A DNA stretch of 64,000 bases from Eledone cirrhosa (GCA_964016885.1 OZ024752.1:26908001-26972000), one strand, 5' to 3'. Counted from the first letter of the stretch, positions 28,996 through 44,558 are shown. The notes: generated by a model not told the origin, from the letters alone. Made by a program: numbers and translations.

Positions 28996-29032
<37 letters not shown>

Positions 29033-29379
29033 GTATATGTATGTATATATATATATTAGAAAGTGAGGTTTTTTTTACAAATTGAAAAATAACCGAGGTG
29101 TCCTACACAAGTGAAAGTATAAAGAAAAAGAGATGAAATCGAAAATGCAACTGGAGTCTTATTTTTTTAAAACATATATATATTTATTTGGTTCCTTTAC
29201 CTGTTTCGCAGTTCTTCTGCTTTTCAAAAGTAGAGTTGAGATGGAGGGTCTGTGGCTTTTCTCACATCTGTGAGAAAAATATATAAATGTATATATGTTT
29301 TTAAAAAATAAGACTCCAGTTGCATTTTCGATTTCATCACTTTTTCTATTATAAATATATATATATATATATATATATT

Positions 29380-29534
<155 letters not shown>

Positions 29535-29535
29535 G

Positions 29536-29872
<337 letters not shown>

Positions 29873-30057
29873 GTATATATATATGTATATGTATATATGT
29901 ATATATGTATATATATATATATGTATATATGTATATATATATATATGTATATATATTTATATGTATATATGTATATATGTATATGTATATATGTATATAT
30001 ATATATATGTATATATGTATATATGTATATATATATATATGTATATATATTTATATG

Positions 30058-30091
<34 letters not shown>

Positions 30092-30095
30092 TGTG

Positions 30096-30142
<47 letters not shown>

Positions 30143-30149
30143 GTATATA

Positions 30150-30208
<59 letters not shown>

Positions 30209-30647
30209 GTGTATATATATATATGTATATATATATATACGTATATATATATACGTATATATATATATGTATATGTATATATATATATATGTATATATAT
30301 ATGTATATATATATATACGCATATATATATATGTATATGTATATATATATATATGTATAAATATATGTATATATATATGTATATATATATATATATGTAT
30401 ATATATATGTATATATATATGTATATGTATATATATGTATATATATATGTATATATATATGTATATATATATATATGTATATGTATGTATATGTATATAT
30501 ATATATGTATATGTATGTATATGTATATATATATATATATATGTATATATATGTATATATATATATGTATATATATATATGTGTATGTATATATATGTGT
30601 ATATATATATATGTGTATATATATATATGTGTATATATATATATGTG

Positions 30648-30694
<47 letters not shown>

Positions 30695-30907
30695 GTATAT
30701 ATATGTATATATATATATGTATATATGTATATATGTATATATGTATGTATATATGTATGTATATATGTATATATGTATGTATATATGTATATATATATGT
30801 ATATATATATATGTATATATATATGTATATATGTATGTATATATGTATATATATATGTATATATATATATGTATATATATATATGTATATATATATATGT
30901 ATATATG

Positions 30908-30938
<31 letters not shown>

Positions 30939-30973
30939 GTATATATATATATGTATATATATATATATGTATG

Positions 30974-31004
<31 letters not shown>

Positions 31005-31005
31005 G

Positions 31006-31087
<82 letters not shown>

Positions 31088-31092
31088 TATAT

Positions 31093-31561
31093 AGGTTGAA
31101 ATAAAATGAAAACGAAATTTCATTTCTCACTCTTAGTATGGCACTTTCTTATACATATATGTATGTACGTATACATACATACTTACATTTAAGTAAGTGC
31201 CATACTAAGAGTGAGAAATGAAATTTCGTTTTCATTTTATTTCAACCTATCGTTTTCGGTATGCCTGACCTATTTAACTCACTCAACATGCAAATTAGGC
31301 TGCTCAGCCGTTAATTTTCATAAGGAAAGTATATACTTTCGAACGTTCAACTATCTGGCAGATGGGTAAACGGTGCTGATGTTAGCTAACAAGCTTGAAA
31401 CTAGTACATCGTTCCTGTGTCATTGTTGAACAAAAAGGTGACGTGGTTGCCTTAACACCGTATGGCATAAATTCAGGATGTTCAGTTTGTTTACAAACGA
31501 ACAAAGCGGCGTTATAATAAGCGTCCGCTAAACTGATGCGTGCATATATATATGTGTACCT

Positions 31562-31616
<55 letters not shown>

Positions 31617-32045
31617 TGCTACTGTACGTCTGTATACATATATGTATGTACGTATACATACATACTTACATTTAAGTAAGTGCCATACTAAGAGTGAGAA
31701 ATGAAATTTCGTTTTCATTTTATTTCAACCTATCGTTTTTGGTATGCCTGACTGATTTAACTCAATCAATATGTAAATTAGGCTGCTCAGCCGTTAATTT
31801 TCATAAGGAAAGTATATACTTTCGAACGTTCAACTATCTGGCAGATAGGTATACGGTGCTGATGATAGCTAACAAGCTTGAAACTAGTACATTGTCCCAT
31901 TGTCAGTGTTGAACAAAAAGGTGACGTGGTTGCCTTAACACCGTATGGCATAAATTCAGGCTGTTCAGTTTGTTTACAAACGAACAAAGCGGCGTTATAA
32001 TAAGCGTCCGCTCATATGCGTGCATATATGTATGTGTACCTGTAT

Positions 32046-32046
<1 letters not shown>
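31093..32046 (+). mobile_element. Non-coding HHR-bearing 483-bp unit in partial tandem with inverted 5' piece (retrozyme-like)
   Basis: Direct repeat period 483; 31093-31146 inverted; HHRs at 31369-31413 (core damaged) and 31853-31895. Confidence 0.75.
31853..31895 (+). ncRNA. Minimal type I hammerhead ribozyme, canonical core
   Basis: ACGGUG-CUGAUGA-u-AGC uaacaa GCU-u-GAA-ACUAGU-A^CAUUGU. Confidence 0.85.
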
Positions 32047-32093
<47 letters not shown>

Positions 32094-32122
32094 GTATATA
32101 TATGTAAATATATATATGTATA

Positions 32123-32155
<33 letters not shown>

Positions 32156-32156
32156 C

Positions 32157-32188
<32 letters not shown>

Positions 32189-32246
32189 TATGTATATGTA
32201 TATATATATATGTATATATATATGTATATATATATATATATATGTG

Positions 32247-32277
<31 letters not shown>

Positions 32278-32300
32278 GTATATATATATGTATATATATG

Positions 32301-32349
<49 letters not shown>

Positions 32350-32356
32350 GTATATA

Positions 32357-32397
<41 letters not shown>

Positions 32398-32562
32398 GTA
32401 TATATATGTGTATATATATATATATATTTATGTGTATATATATATATATATTTATGTATATATATGTATATATATGTATATGTATATATATATATATGTA
32501 TATATATATGTATATATATATGTATATATATATGTATAAATATATATATGTATATATATATG

Positions 32563-32701
<139 letters not shown>

Positions 32702-33599
32702 GTATGTATATATGTATACATATGTATATATATATATATGTATATATATGTATATATATATGTATATATATGTATATATATATATATGTATATATATGTA
32801 TATATATGTATATATATGTATATATATATATATGTATATATATGTATATATATGTATATGTATATATATATATGTATATGTATATATATGTATATGTATA
32901 TATATGTATATATATGTATATATATATATATATGTATAAATATGTATATATATATATGTATATATATATGTATATATATATGTATATATATATATGTATA
33001 TATATATGTATATATATATATATATATGTATAAATATGTATATATATATATGTATATATATATGTATATATATATGTATATATATATATGTATATATATA
33101 TGTATATATATATGTATATATATGTATATATATATATATGTATATATATATGTATATATGAAAAAAAAAGTAGTTAATATAAATTAAAAAAATTATACAT
33201 AAATTAACAATATAACTTACCAAAACGAGAAAAATATTTTGATGATAAAACGACAAAATACAGGAGGAAGATTCGAAAGCGAAACGATAAATAAACGTGC
33301 AAACAAAGTGGCGGATGCTTTTGAGTAACAATTACTCTCATTGGTTGATTAGCCAATAAGACGATGAAATTAGCCAATAAGATGATACATTACAAAAGAT
33401 CTTTGGCAGGAAAACCACGGCCAGCGAAAGCCCTTGAATTTTTTATTCACAAGCTACGCATATATGTCAGACGTGCAGACTTAAAACATTCTGTTGTTAG
33501 TCACTGCGTGTCTAACACATATACACATATACTTACATACTCTCATACATACATACACATACATACGTACATACTTACATACATTATTTTATTATTTGT

Positions 33600-33780
33600 G
33601 GGGCAGTCTCGGTAGCGAGTCGGACACCATGCTTTATAAGCATAGAGTTACGGCCCTTTACTGCCTGAGTTCAAATCCCACCGAGGTTAACTTTGCCTTT
33701 CATCCTACGGGGTGGATACAATAAAGTACCAGTAATGTACTGGTAATTGTTGGCCTTGTGCCAAAAGTAGAAAAAATCAT
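33600..33780 (+). mobile_element. Nin/Deu-like SINE copy
   Basis: Head, core and tail match to the family. Confidence 0.75.
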
Positions 33781-33979
33781 TTTATTATTTGTGGTCCATA
33801 CAAAAAAAAAACAAACATATTTTCATATATTTATATATTTACTGTCGGGAAAACTTTTATACAAATAAAAAATTCTGTTCTGTGGAATGTGAAATAATTT
33901 TCTTACTTTTGTACAACTTTTTCAATGTTTCGGCGTATGTATTAAAATACTTATAAAAATACTCTCACACGTACATACG

Positions 33980-34064
<85 letters not shown>

Positions 34065-34225
34065 ATATCTATATATATATATATCAATTAACAGTGAAAA
34101 GGCTCAGAGGTATATTAAAAGATTATCTTTTTCTTTAATCTGACAGAATTAATAATTTTATAATTGTTACATTAAGTGGATTTAAATATTGTCAAATATT
34201 CTGGGAACAGTTAAAACTTATGCAC

Positions 34226-34256
<31 letters not shown>

Positions 34257-34826
34257 TAAATATATATATACAGTATATATATATATACATATATATAAAT
34301 AAATATATATATATATATGCAGTATATATATATATATTTAAATAATTTTAAAAGCTATACAATGCATTACAAAATTAAAGTTGCCAAGGTAACGATAAAA
34401 TCATACATTAGCAATCAAATAATTCCAAATATTCTCGAGTTTAGGGTTTAGGGTTTTTCATCTCCGATAAGAACTTCACAGGGACACTCCGCAGATAATG
34501 TGTTTTTAAAATATTTGGTATTATTAAATATGTTAAGTTCAAATCCCGCCAAGGTCAAATTTGACTTTCATCCTTACGGGGTTGATAAAATAAAGTACCA
34601 GTAATACACTGGAACAATTGCTGGCATTGTGCCAAAAGTAGAAACAATTATTAGATATACTAAGTTAATATTCTATTGTTATCTTGGCAACTTTAATTGT
34701 CTAATGCATTGTATGGCTTTTAGAACTATTTAAATTTATATTTCCTATTCAACAATGCTTCGAGCAAACTACACGACTCTGTTATATATATATATTGCCT
34801 CTCTGTTCTGTCCCTGTTCAATTTTT

Positions 34827-34870
<44 letters not shown>

Positions 34871-34887
34871 TATATATATATATATAT

Positions 34888-34983
<96 letters not shown>

Positions 34984-35031
34984 TTATATATATATTTATA
35001 TATATATTTATATATATATTTATATATAAAT

Positions 35032-35140
<109 letters not shown>

Positions 35141-35167
35141 ATTTATATATATATTTATATATATATA

Positions 35168-35236
<69 letters not shown>

Positions 35237-35257
35237 ATATATATAACTATATATATA

Positions 35258-35371
35258 AGTTGTAATAAAATGAAAACGAAATTTCATTTCTCACTCTTAG
35301 TTCGGCACTTACTTAAATGTAAGTATGTATGTATACGTACATACATATATGTATACAGACGTACAGTAGCA

Positions 35372-35465
<94 letters not shown>

Positions 35466-35713
35466 TGCATACAGGTACACATACATATATGCACGTATCA
35501 GTTTAGCGGACGCTTATTATAACGCCGCTTTGTTCGTTTGTAAACAAACTGAACAGCCTGAATTTATGCCATACGGTGTTAAGGCAACCACGTCACCTTT
35601 TTGTTCAACACTGACACAGGAACGATGTACTAGTTTCAAGCTTGATAGCTATCGTCAGCACCGTTTACCCATCTGCTAGATAGTTGAACGTTCGAAAGTA
35701 TATACTTTCCTTA
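35258..35713 (-). mobile_element. Third copy of the 483-bp HHR unit (HHR at 35621-35665)
   Basis: Reverse complement of the 31.1-32.0 kb unit; AACGGUG-CUGACGA..GAA-ACUAGU-A^CAUCGUU. Confidence 0.8.
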
Positions 35714-36892
35714 ATCTATACATGAGGGTCTTTGGACCGGGTATGTCTTGCTAATAAGTGTTTTTACGGAGGTACCTGGTTTTTCTACTATCTTAATATT
35801 GAGTTTATGTTTATTTAGGGCCCTTCTAAATTTGTAGGCTAGTTCGCCTCTAGGGGTTGTATTGATGAACATTACACTCTATTAATTAATGTTCATCAAT
35901 ACAACCCCTAGAGGCGAACTAGCCTACACATTTAGAAGGGCCCTAAATAAACATAAACTCAATATTAAGATAGTAGAAAGACCAGGTACCTCCGTAAAAA
36001 CACTTATTAGCAAGACATACCCGTTCCAAAGACCCTCATGTATAGATAAGAAATGTATAACCTGTAAAATAAGCCCCCATATTAACTGTAAAACTTGAAA
36101 TGTAGTGTATAGCATAAGATGTACTGAAGGACAATGTAGAAACAAAAATATAGTGTACATAGGTGAGACAGCTCGTAGTATAGGGGAACGAATAAATGAA
36201 CACTGGCGAGACCTTCAAGATAATAAAGAATCATCTGTACTCTACCAACATGCTAAGATAGAACACAAGGGTAAATTAGAGAACATAGAAATAAAAATAG
36301 AATCCACACACAGAAAAGATGCAATGTTTAGGCAAATTACAGAGGCAGTAAGCATAAAAGAACTACAACCAAAATTAAATAGAAAATATGAGTGGAACAG
36401 CAACATCACAACTTACAATTAAGGACAAAATGAAAACACACACACACATAGAACAAACAACCAACCAACAACATGTAAATAAATAAACAAATAGATAAAT
36501 GAACACAAACACACACAGACACCCGGATGTGGCGCATGCGCAAACTGAGCACACAACACACACACAGAAACAAAATGGCGTAGGACAGAAGAAAGGAAAG
36601 GCACAGAAACAAAGAAAGGAATCCCCAGTCACTGAAGAGGTCACAGAGTGTGTGACGAAAGGACTATGACTATATATAAACAACTATCTGGTTGTGGAAC
36701 CAACCAACCAGCCAGAAATTTATAAGTTTGTAGATTTGTAAATTTATAAATTTATAAATATATAATAAATTGAAGTGAAACAACTGGTGCGTGTGTTTCT
36801 TATTGGCAACATGACCCTCCCAAAGTATAACAATATCGGTTTCAACACACGATTTCAGATAAAGAATCTTGCTAAACAAATTCAAAAACGAA

Positions 36893-36895
<3 letters not shown>
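35714..36895 (+). mobile_element. 5'-truncated Neptune/Poseidon-like PLE with 5' inversion, GIY-YIG remnant and HHR (36627-36671)
   Basis: 35714-35872 inverts ~35887-36046; IKIVERPG.SVK.L...PF...C...C..C...NCKT*NVVYSIRC...C....VYIGETARSIGERINEH...RQITEAV.I...PKLN. Confidence 0.88.
36627..36671 (+). ncRNA. Minimal type I hammerhead ribozyme
   Basis: AGUCA-CUGAAGA-g-GUCACA gagug UGUGAC-GAA-AG ga CU-A^UGACU. Confidence 0.8.
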
Positions 36896-36923
<28 letters not shown>

Positions 36924-37149
36924 TATATATATATATATTTATATATATATTTATATATATATATATATTTATATATATATTTATATATATATATATTTAT
37001 ATATATATATTTATATATATTTATATATATATTTATATATTTATATATATATTTATATATATTTATATATATATTTATATATATTTATATATATATATAT
37101 ATTTATATATATATTTATATATATTTATATATATATTTATATATATATT

Positions 37150-37184
<35 letters not shown>

Positions 37185-37199
37185 ATTTATATATATATT

Positions 37200-37234
<35 letters not shown>

Positions 37235-37441
37235 TTATATATATATTTATATATATATTTATATATATATATATTTATATATATATATATTTATATGTAT
37301 TTATATATTTATATGTATTTATATATTAATATATATATATATATTTATATATATATATATATTTATATATATATTTATATATATATATATTTATATGTAT
37401 TTATATATTTATATATATATTTATTTATATATATATATATT

Positions 37442-37508
<67 letters not shown>

Positions 37509-37519
37509 ATATTTATATG

Positions 37520-38920
37520 TAAAGTTATATTTAAAATTGTTGGGTTACAACTAGTAAATATTTATAACTGATATAAAAGCACTCGACAAATACTTGGAGT
37601 ATATTTACAATATTAAATAAATGGAAAACTATATTTATAAAACCATATTTATTTCATTATATATATTTCGGGGATATCATATTAACAATATGCTATGCCT
37701 TCATCAGACAAAATACAATATAAACAGTTTTATAGATAAATATATTCGACATACCGTAATAAACATCAACTTCATTTGAAGAGGTTCACTCTAGCAGTGA
37801 AAATACAGAGAGAAAGAAAGAGAGAGAGAACAGAGGGAAATAAGAAAGAAAGAAAGACGAAACGAAGAAAAGGAAGAAAAAGAAGAAAAGAAGAAATGCA
37901 TGGGACAAAATAGAGAGATGGAAAAATAGATAAAGCGAAGAGCTTCATGTAAAGAGACCGAAAGAGATATATATATATATATAGAGAGAGGAAATAGAGA
38001 TAGATACATATATAAATATAGATATAGAAAAATTAGGTAGTGGGAGGTCATTTTGAGTAAGTGTATCAATGATGCATTTATTTATTTATTTATTTATTTA
38101 TTTAGCTCAAGTATTAATGTAAGGGAGATATAGAGAGATATAGAGAGATATAGAGAGAGAAAAATTTAAAAATAGCCAGACATATTCGAGGCGTAGAAAA
38201 CCCTATGTTTTAATGTATTAGTATTTATAAAACTTACACTATATTGTAAATATCAGTATTCCTGAATGAAACAAGTATTCACAATGCGTGAAAATTCATT
38301 ATCTTATGTTTAGTTTTTTAAAAAATTCATATGTCTATGTGAATCCAACTGATTCACTCCGCAAATTCAAAGTTACCGGAAAACATTCTCAATGTGGTAT
38401 AAACATTTGAGCGTATTATTATTCTTGCGATTACTCTACAAGATTATCTATCAAGCAGAAATAGAGAGCAGATTTCAATATACTAATCGAAAATATATAT
38501 TATATTATAAGCAGAGATAACAATAATAATGATAATAAGTAAAAATATATAAAAATATAAAAATATAGAATAGAAAACTAAAAAAGAATATTACGAAAGA
38601 ATATTACATAATAAAAATATTGCATATTAAAAATACTATGTTTTAAAATTATTACGTATTAAAACTTTACATATAAAAATATTAAAAATAAAAATAAAAT
38701 AAAATAAAAAATAAAAAATAAAAATATAAAAATATTATAGAATACTACAATACTAAAAGAATAAAAATAAAAATAAAAATAAAAATAAAAATAAAAATAA
38801 AAATAAAAATAAAAAATACACAAAGAACAACCCTTCAAGGTTAATTGACAATATATTGCCAAGTTCACTACAAGACAAAGCCAAAAATTATCTATCAAAT
38901 CACATCTAGCAAGGAATATC

Positions 38921-38963
<43 letters not shown>

Positions 38964-41900
38964 TTATGATGTCCAATAATGTCTACATATGTTCCTATAT
39001 TTAATATATAAGTTTATCAAGTGTAAGGTTAATTCATAAAATTTGGAGCATCGGCTTTTAGGGTAGCTTAATTTTTCATGAGGAATGTTTAGATAAAAAT
39101 AAAAATAAAAAATAAAAATAAAAATAAATACAATAAAATAAACAGTAAAAAGAGGGAATCAAAGATTTAGGAATCAAAAGATTTATCGGCTAGTTCTCAT
39201 ATAAATATAAATCAAACTAAATATACTACATTTTAAATTTAAATTTATATTTAAACGTTGAGTTTAATCTATGTTTGCAACAACTGAATAAATTTGTCCG
39301 TAGGTTAAGGGAATTTTTAGATTTTAGTATAAAGAATATCTCCTCTGCGCAGAGGTCACATGTCTCAGAGGATGAATTAAAAGGAATCCCTCTTGAGACT
39401 ATATTCCAAGCCGTCGAATATCTAACGTTATCTAGCTTAAGTTGCCAGAGTACACCTGATAGTGCCGTTGAAGATTTTTTATTTGGATCTGTGAAAGAAT
39501 TCTTGTGGTTATTATAGCGAAGTTTAAATTCCGTCGATGTGGAACCGACGTAGTTAAAAGAATTAGAGTCAGTATTAACATTACAATTGTATACTATATT
39601 TTTAACTAAGCAGTTGTTATTTAACGGACATTTAGATCTATCTCTACAGTTGCATTTGTTAACTTGTATATTATTTATGCTATTATCAGTAGTTTTTAAG
39701 TTCCTATTATTTATTCTATTAATATTTTGTGCTAAATTTTTGGTGGATGAATAGGTTAATTTAATTGTATGCCTATTGAAGATTGAGTGGTACCTATGTG
39801 TTCTAGGGAAGCGATTATCAAGAGCTTTGAAAAATAATTTAGCGATGTGGGTTTTAATGTTTAGTGAGAAAGGGGGGGCAAACCAAATTATGTTCCTAGT
39901 TCTATTTCTTTTTTGTCCTTTGGAATTATTGTAATGCTTTCTATTATAGTTGTTAATGTTGTTGCCATAATTAAAAAAGTTGTTACTTTGTTTAGTTTGT
40001 TTATCATTATCTATGTACACAATCTTATCAGCATACCCTGCCCTAGCTAGTGCATCATTATAGTATTGGGCCTTTTCGTCAAAAATCTTTCTATTCGACG
40101 AGATCCTAGAGATACGCTTTTGGACTGAGTTTACTATAGTGTTTTTGACAGATCTGGGGTGGTTAGAGTTAAAGTTGACATAGTTTAAGTTTTCATTCAA
40201 CTTGTGAAAAGGATAGTGGAGACATGTGTTGAGATTTAATGTTATATCTAGGAAATTGACTATTCTATGGTTGTTCTCAATTTCTATTTTAAGGTTAAAG
40301 TAATTAAAAAATTTTGTAATTTGTTTACATTTTCTATTTAGTTCAGGGTTATTATTATTAATGAGTAAAAGCATGTCATCCCTATATAAACCTCCGGTAG
40401 TACCAGGTATTTTCCTATGTAGCGAATTGATTAAAAATAAGCCCACAAGGTCAGTTACTTGAGCTGAGTCGGAAGATCCCATAGTTATGTCAAAATTGCT
40501 ATCTCGTTAGATATTCGACGGCTTGGAATATAGTCTCAAGAGGGATTCCTTTTAATTCATCCTCTGAGACATGTGACCTCTGCGCAGAGGAGATATTCTT
40601 TATACTAAAATCTAAAAATTCCCTTAACCTACGGACAAATTTATTCAGTTGTTGCAAACATAGATTAAACTCAACGTTTAAATATAAATTTAAATTTAAA
40701 ATGTAGTATATTTAGTTTGATTTATATTTATATGAGAACTAGCCGATAAATCTTTTGATTCCTAAATCTTTGATTCCCTCTTTTTACTGTTTATTTTATT
40801 GTATTTATTTTTATTTTTATTTTTTATTTTTATTTTTATTTTTATCTAAACATTCCTCATGAAAAATTAAGCTACCCTAAAAGCCGATGCTCCAAATTTT
40901 ATGAATTAACCTTACACTTGATAAACTTATATATTAAATATAGGAACATATGTAGACATTATTGGACATCATAACCTTTTTTTTTTTTTTGCGATATTCC
41001 TTGCTAGATGTGATTTGATAGATAATTTTTGGCTTTGTCTTGTAGTGAACTTGGCAATATATTGTCAATTAACCTTGAAGGGTTGTTCTTTGTGTATTTT
41101 TTATTTTTATTTTTATTTTTATTTTTATTTTTATTTTTATTTTTATTTTTATTCTTTTAGTATTGTAGTATTCTATAATATTTTTATATTTTTATTTTTT
41201 ATTTTTTATTTTATTTTATTTTTATTTTTAATATTTTTATATGTAAAGTTTTAATACGTAATAATTTTAAAACATAGTATTTTTAATATGCAATATTTTT
41301 ATTATGTAATATTCTTTCGTAATATTCTTTTTTAGTTTTCTATTCTATATTTTTATATTTTTATATATTTTTACTTATTATTTTTACTTATTATCATTAT
41401 TATTGTTATCTCTGCTTATAATATAATATATATTTTCGATTAGTATATTGAAATCTGCTCTCTATTTCTGCTTGATAGATAATCTTGTAGAGTAATCGCA
41501 AGAATAATAATACGCTCAAATGTTTATACCACATTGAGAATGTTTTCCGGTAACTTTGAATTTGCGGAGTGAATCAGTTGGATTCACATAGACATATGAA
41601 TTTTTTAAAAAACTAAACATAAGATAATGAATTTTCACGCATTGTGAATACTTGTTTCATTCAGGAATACTGATATTTACAATATAGTGTAAGTTTTATA
41701 AATACTAATACATTAAAACATAGGGTTTTCTACGCCTCGAATATGTCTGGCTATTTTTAAATTTTTCTCTCTCTATATCTCTCTATATCTCTCTATATCT
41801 CCCTTACATTAATACTTGAGCTAAATAAATAAATAAATAAATAAATAAATGCATCATTGATACACTTACTCAAAATGACCTCCCACTACCTAATTTTTCT

Positions 41901-42320
41901 ATATCTATATTTATATATGTATCTATCTCTATTTCCTCTCTCTATATATATATATATATCTCTTTCGGTCTCTTTACATGAAGCTCTTCGCTTTATCTAT
42001 TTTTCCATCTCTCTATTTTGTCCCATGCATTTCTTCTTTTCTTCTTTTTCTTCCTTTTCTTCGTTTCGTCTTTCTTTCTTTCTTATTTCCCTCTTTTCTC
42101 TCTCTCTTTCTTTCTCTCTGTATTTTCACTGCTAGAGTGAACCTCTTCAAATGAAGTTGATGTTTATTACGGTATGTCGAATATATTTATCTATAAAACT
42201 GTTTATATTGTATTTTGTCTGATGAAGGCATAGCATATTGTTAATATGATATCCCCGAAATATATATAATGAAATAAATATGGTTTTATAAATATAGTTT
42301 TCCATTTATTTAATATTGTA
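37520..42320 (-). mobile_element. Naiad-type PLE (Naiad-2): 5'-truncated copy plus inverted 3' copy forming a large fold-back
   Basis: ~37606-39430 is the reverse complement of ~40504-42320; HHR motifs at 37656-37712 (-) and 42215-42270 (+). Confidence 0.93.
39226..40510 (-). pseudogene. Naiad-2 RT C-terminal half plus GIY-YIG endonuclease (open, 5'-truncated)
   Basis: FDITMGSSDSAQVTDLVG; GGLYRDDML; SNHP; WFAPPFS; CNCRDRSKCPL; NIVY...YVGST..FKLRYNNH; CDLC.EE. Confidence 0.92.
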
Positions 42321-42420
42321 TATATTTATATATATATATATTTATATATATATACATATTTATATATTTATATATATATATATATTTATATATTTATATA
42401 TATATATATATTTATATATT

Positions 42421-42471
<51 letters not shown>

Positions 42472-42519
42472 TTTATATATATATATATTTATATATTTAT
42501 ATTTAAATATATATTTATT

Positions 42520-42588
<69 letters not shown>

Positions 42589-42628
42589 TTTATATATATA
42601 TATATTTATATATTTATATTTAAATATA

Positions 42629-42696
<68 letters not shown>

Positions 42697-42876
42697 CACA
42701 GTTCAAGAGTAACCAATCTTCAAGAGAGAGATGGAGATAGGAGAGGAGATATGAGAGGAGAGATTGGTGAATTTGTTAGAAGCCAAAGCGTAAAGGCATG
42801 TGCTCAATGTTCAATATGCAGTAGAAAGCAGCTAGGTGGCTGGGTTCATGCAGAAGTTAGGTGCGCAGAGCTGGAA

Positions 42877-42984
42877 ATATTCATTAGTTAAGCAAAGCAA
42901 GACCACAAATTTCACAAGGAAGATATTATTAAAAGATTGTCAACATTTCCTTGTGAAATTTGTGGTTTTGCTTTGCTTAACTAA

Positions 42985-42991
<7 letters not shown>
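42877..42991. repeat. Short fold-back palindrome
   Basis: ATTCATTAGTTAAGCAAAGCAAGACCACAAATTTCACAAGGAA and its complement. Confidence 0.85.
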
Positions 42992-43049
<58 letters not shown>

Positions 43050-43599
43050 CAGATTAAAGTTTAAGCAAAGTATCGCTGCTTTCACCCTTAACGGGATCTT
43101 CTGATCTAACAAAGTCAATCTGTGAACGCAGAAGTGAATATTTCAAAAATCGTTGCAACCGGAGGAAGACAGATGACGATACTTATACACACATTTTTCT
43201 TAATATGTATGTGTATGTTTGTATTATCTGCAAAGTGATATCGAGTAAGAGAAAAGAGCGAAAAAGGGCATGGTACGACAGAAGTAACTATAACACAGGT
43301 GAATTAAGCCATAAGGTATTTTAATCGGTCTCTAATTGCACCTTAATTAACACAATTGATGCGATTACCTTATCGTGAGATATATTTAGCCGATCAAAAG
43401 TTATTAATGAATATTTGAACATTTTAAATACCAATTGAAGAGATTATTGTTTAAATAGAAACCTTAACATTTCAAATCTCCCTTTATTTGTTATGAGATG
43501 CTTGAGGCTGTTAAGCATCTGAATAAAAATAGTTTCGGTGGGCTGATTGTCTATATGTTTATTATGTGTAAATGTCGACGTCATCGTCATTCGCAAGAT

Positions 43600-44125
43600 T
43601 GCTATTGACTTCACCACCATCACTACCATCAACACCACTATCGCTACCAACATCATCACCACCACCAACACTACCAACACGACTATCACTGACGCCACCA
43701 CCACCTCCACCAACACCACCATCACCACCAACACCAACAGCACAATCCCTACCAACACCACCAACACCACCATCACCACCAACAGCACCATCCCTACCAC
43801 GACCACCATCACCACCACCAACACTGCCAATATTACTACCACTGAAGCCACCACTGGCTCCACCAACACTACCACTGACGCCGCCACCTTCTCCATCATC
43901 ACTACCACCATCATATGAATTCTTATCTTTATTATCACCATTAATATCGAAACCATCATCATCATTGCTTTTATCTTCACCGTGACCGTCATGACCGTCA
44001 TCACCATCATCACCATCACCATCAATATCAACGTCATCATCATCATCGTCGTCATCATTATCACCATCATCATCATCATCGTCGTCATTATCACCATCAT
44101 CATCATAATCACTACCACCATATCC
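43600..44125. repeat. Degenerate (ACC)n/(ATC)n trinucleotide repeat
   Basis: Directly visible; gives low-complexity ORFs in several frames. Confidence 0.9.
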
Positions 44126-44130
44126 CCCAC

Positions 44131-44309
44131 CCAACTCCATTATTCCAATAGCAGAAAGTTCAACCTCTACCGTAACATTACCCTTTGTTACTGAAATATT
44201 GGAGCAGTTAGTTCTAGCAAGCAGGCGATAAGAAGGCATTCGGTACCTACAAAATGTTCATTGAACAACATAAACTGATTTCTAGCCACATTCAATGTGA
44301 TAAATGAAA
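44131..44309 (-). pseudogene. Degenerate exon resembling the N-terminal helix/beta-1 of a Cys-loop (nAChR-like) receptor
   Basis: TTTTATTTCTAG acceptor, phase-1 frame DFIYHIECG*KSVYVVQ*TFCRYRMPSYRLLARTNCSNISVTKGNVTVEVELSAIGIMEL, cf. Y..L.RP..N.S..V.V...L....I.EL. Confidence 0.45.
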
Positions 44310-44319
44310 TCTAGAAATA

Positions 44320-44558
44320 AAACTCCTCAAATACCGGTCGCTCTCCGACAGGTTTGCGGTCGTACCCCTGGCAGTGGAGACTTCTGGTGTCCTCGGCCCC
44401 AGGACTACCTCCTTACTCACCACCATAGGCGCTGAGCTGGCCAACGCAGGTGTGAGCCCCGCGAGTTGGAGTGGCTTTTCCAGCACATCTCCCTTGCCGT
44501 CCTCCGGGGAAACGTCTTCTCCATTCTGTCCGCCGGGGCTGTGGGTGGGCCCCATCGC
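44320..44558 (+). mobile_element. Second CRE-like 3' fragment (third at ~54755-54805, minus)
   Basis: Near-identical to 5125-5332. Confidence 0.8.

Noticed and set aside
34438-34456. Telomere-like TTAGGG repeats
   Set aside because: Only two units, compatible with chance.
36096-36098. In-frame TGA in the GIY-YIG remnant as selenocysteine
   Set aside because: The position (CKT*NVVY) is not a conserved Cys; a CGA-to-TGA decay is simpler.
43444-44130. Mucin-like Thr-rich or Gly/Asp-rich ORFs
   Set aside because: Products of a degenerate (ACC/ATC)n repeat, open in several frames.
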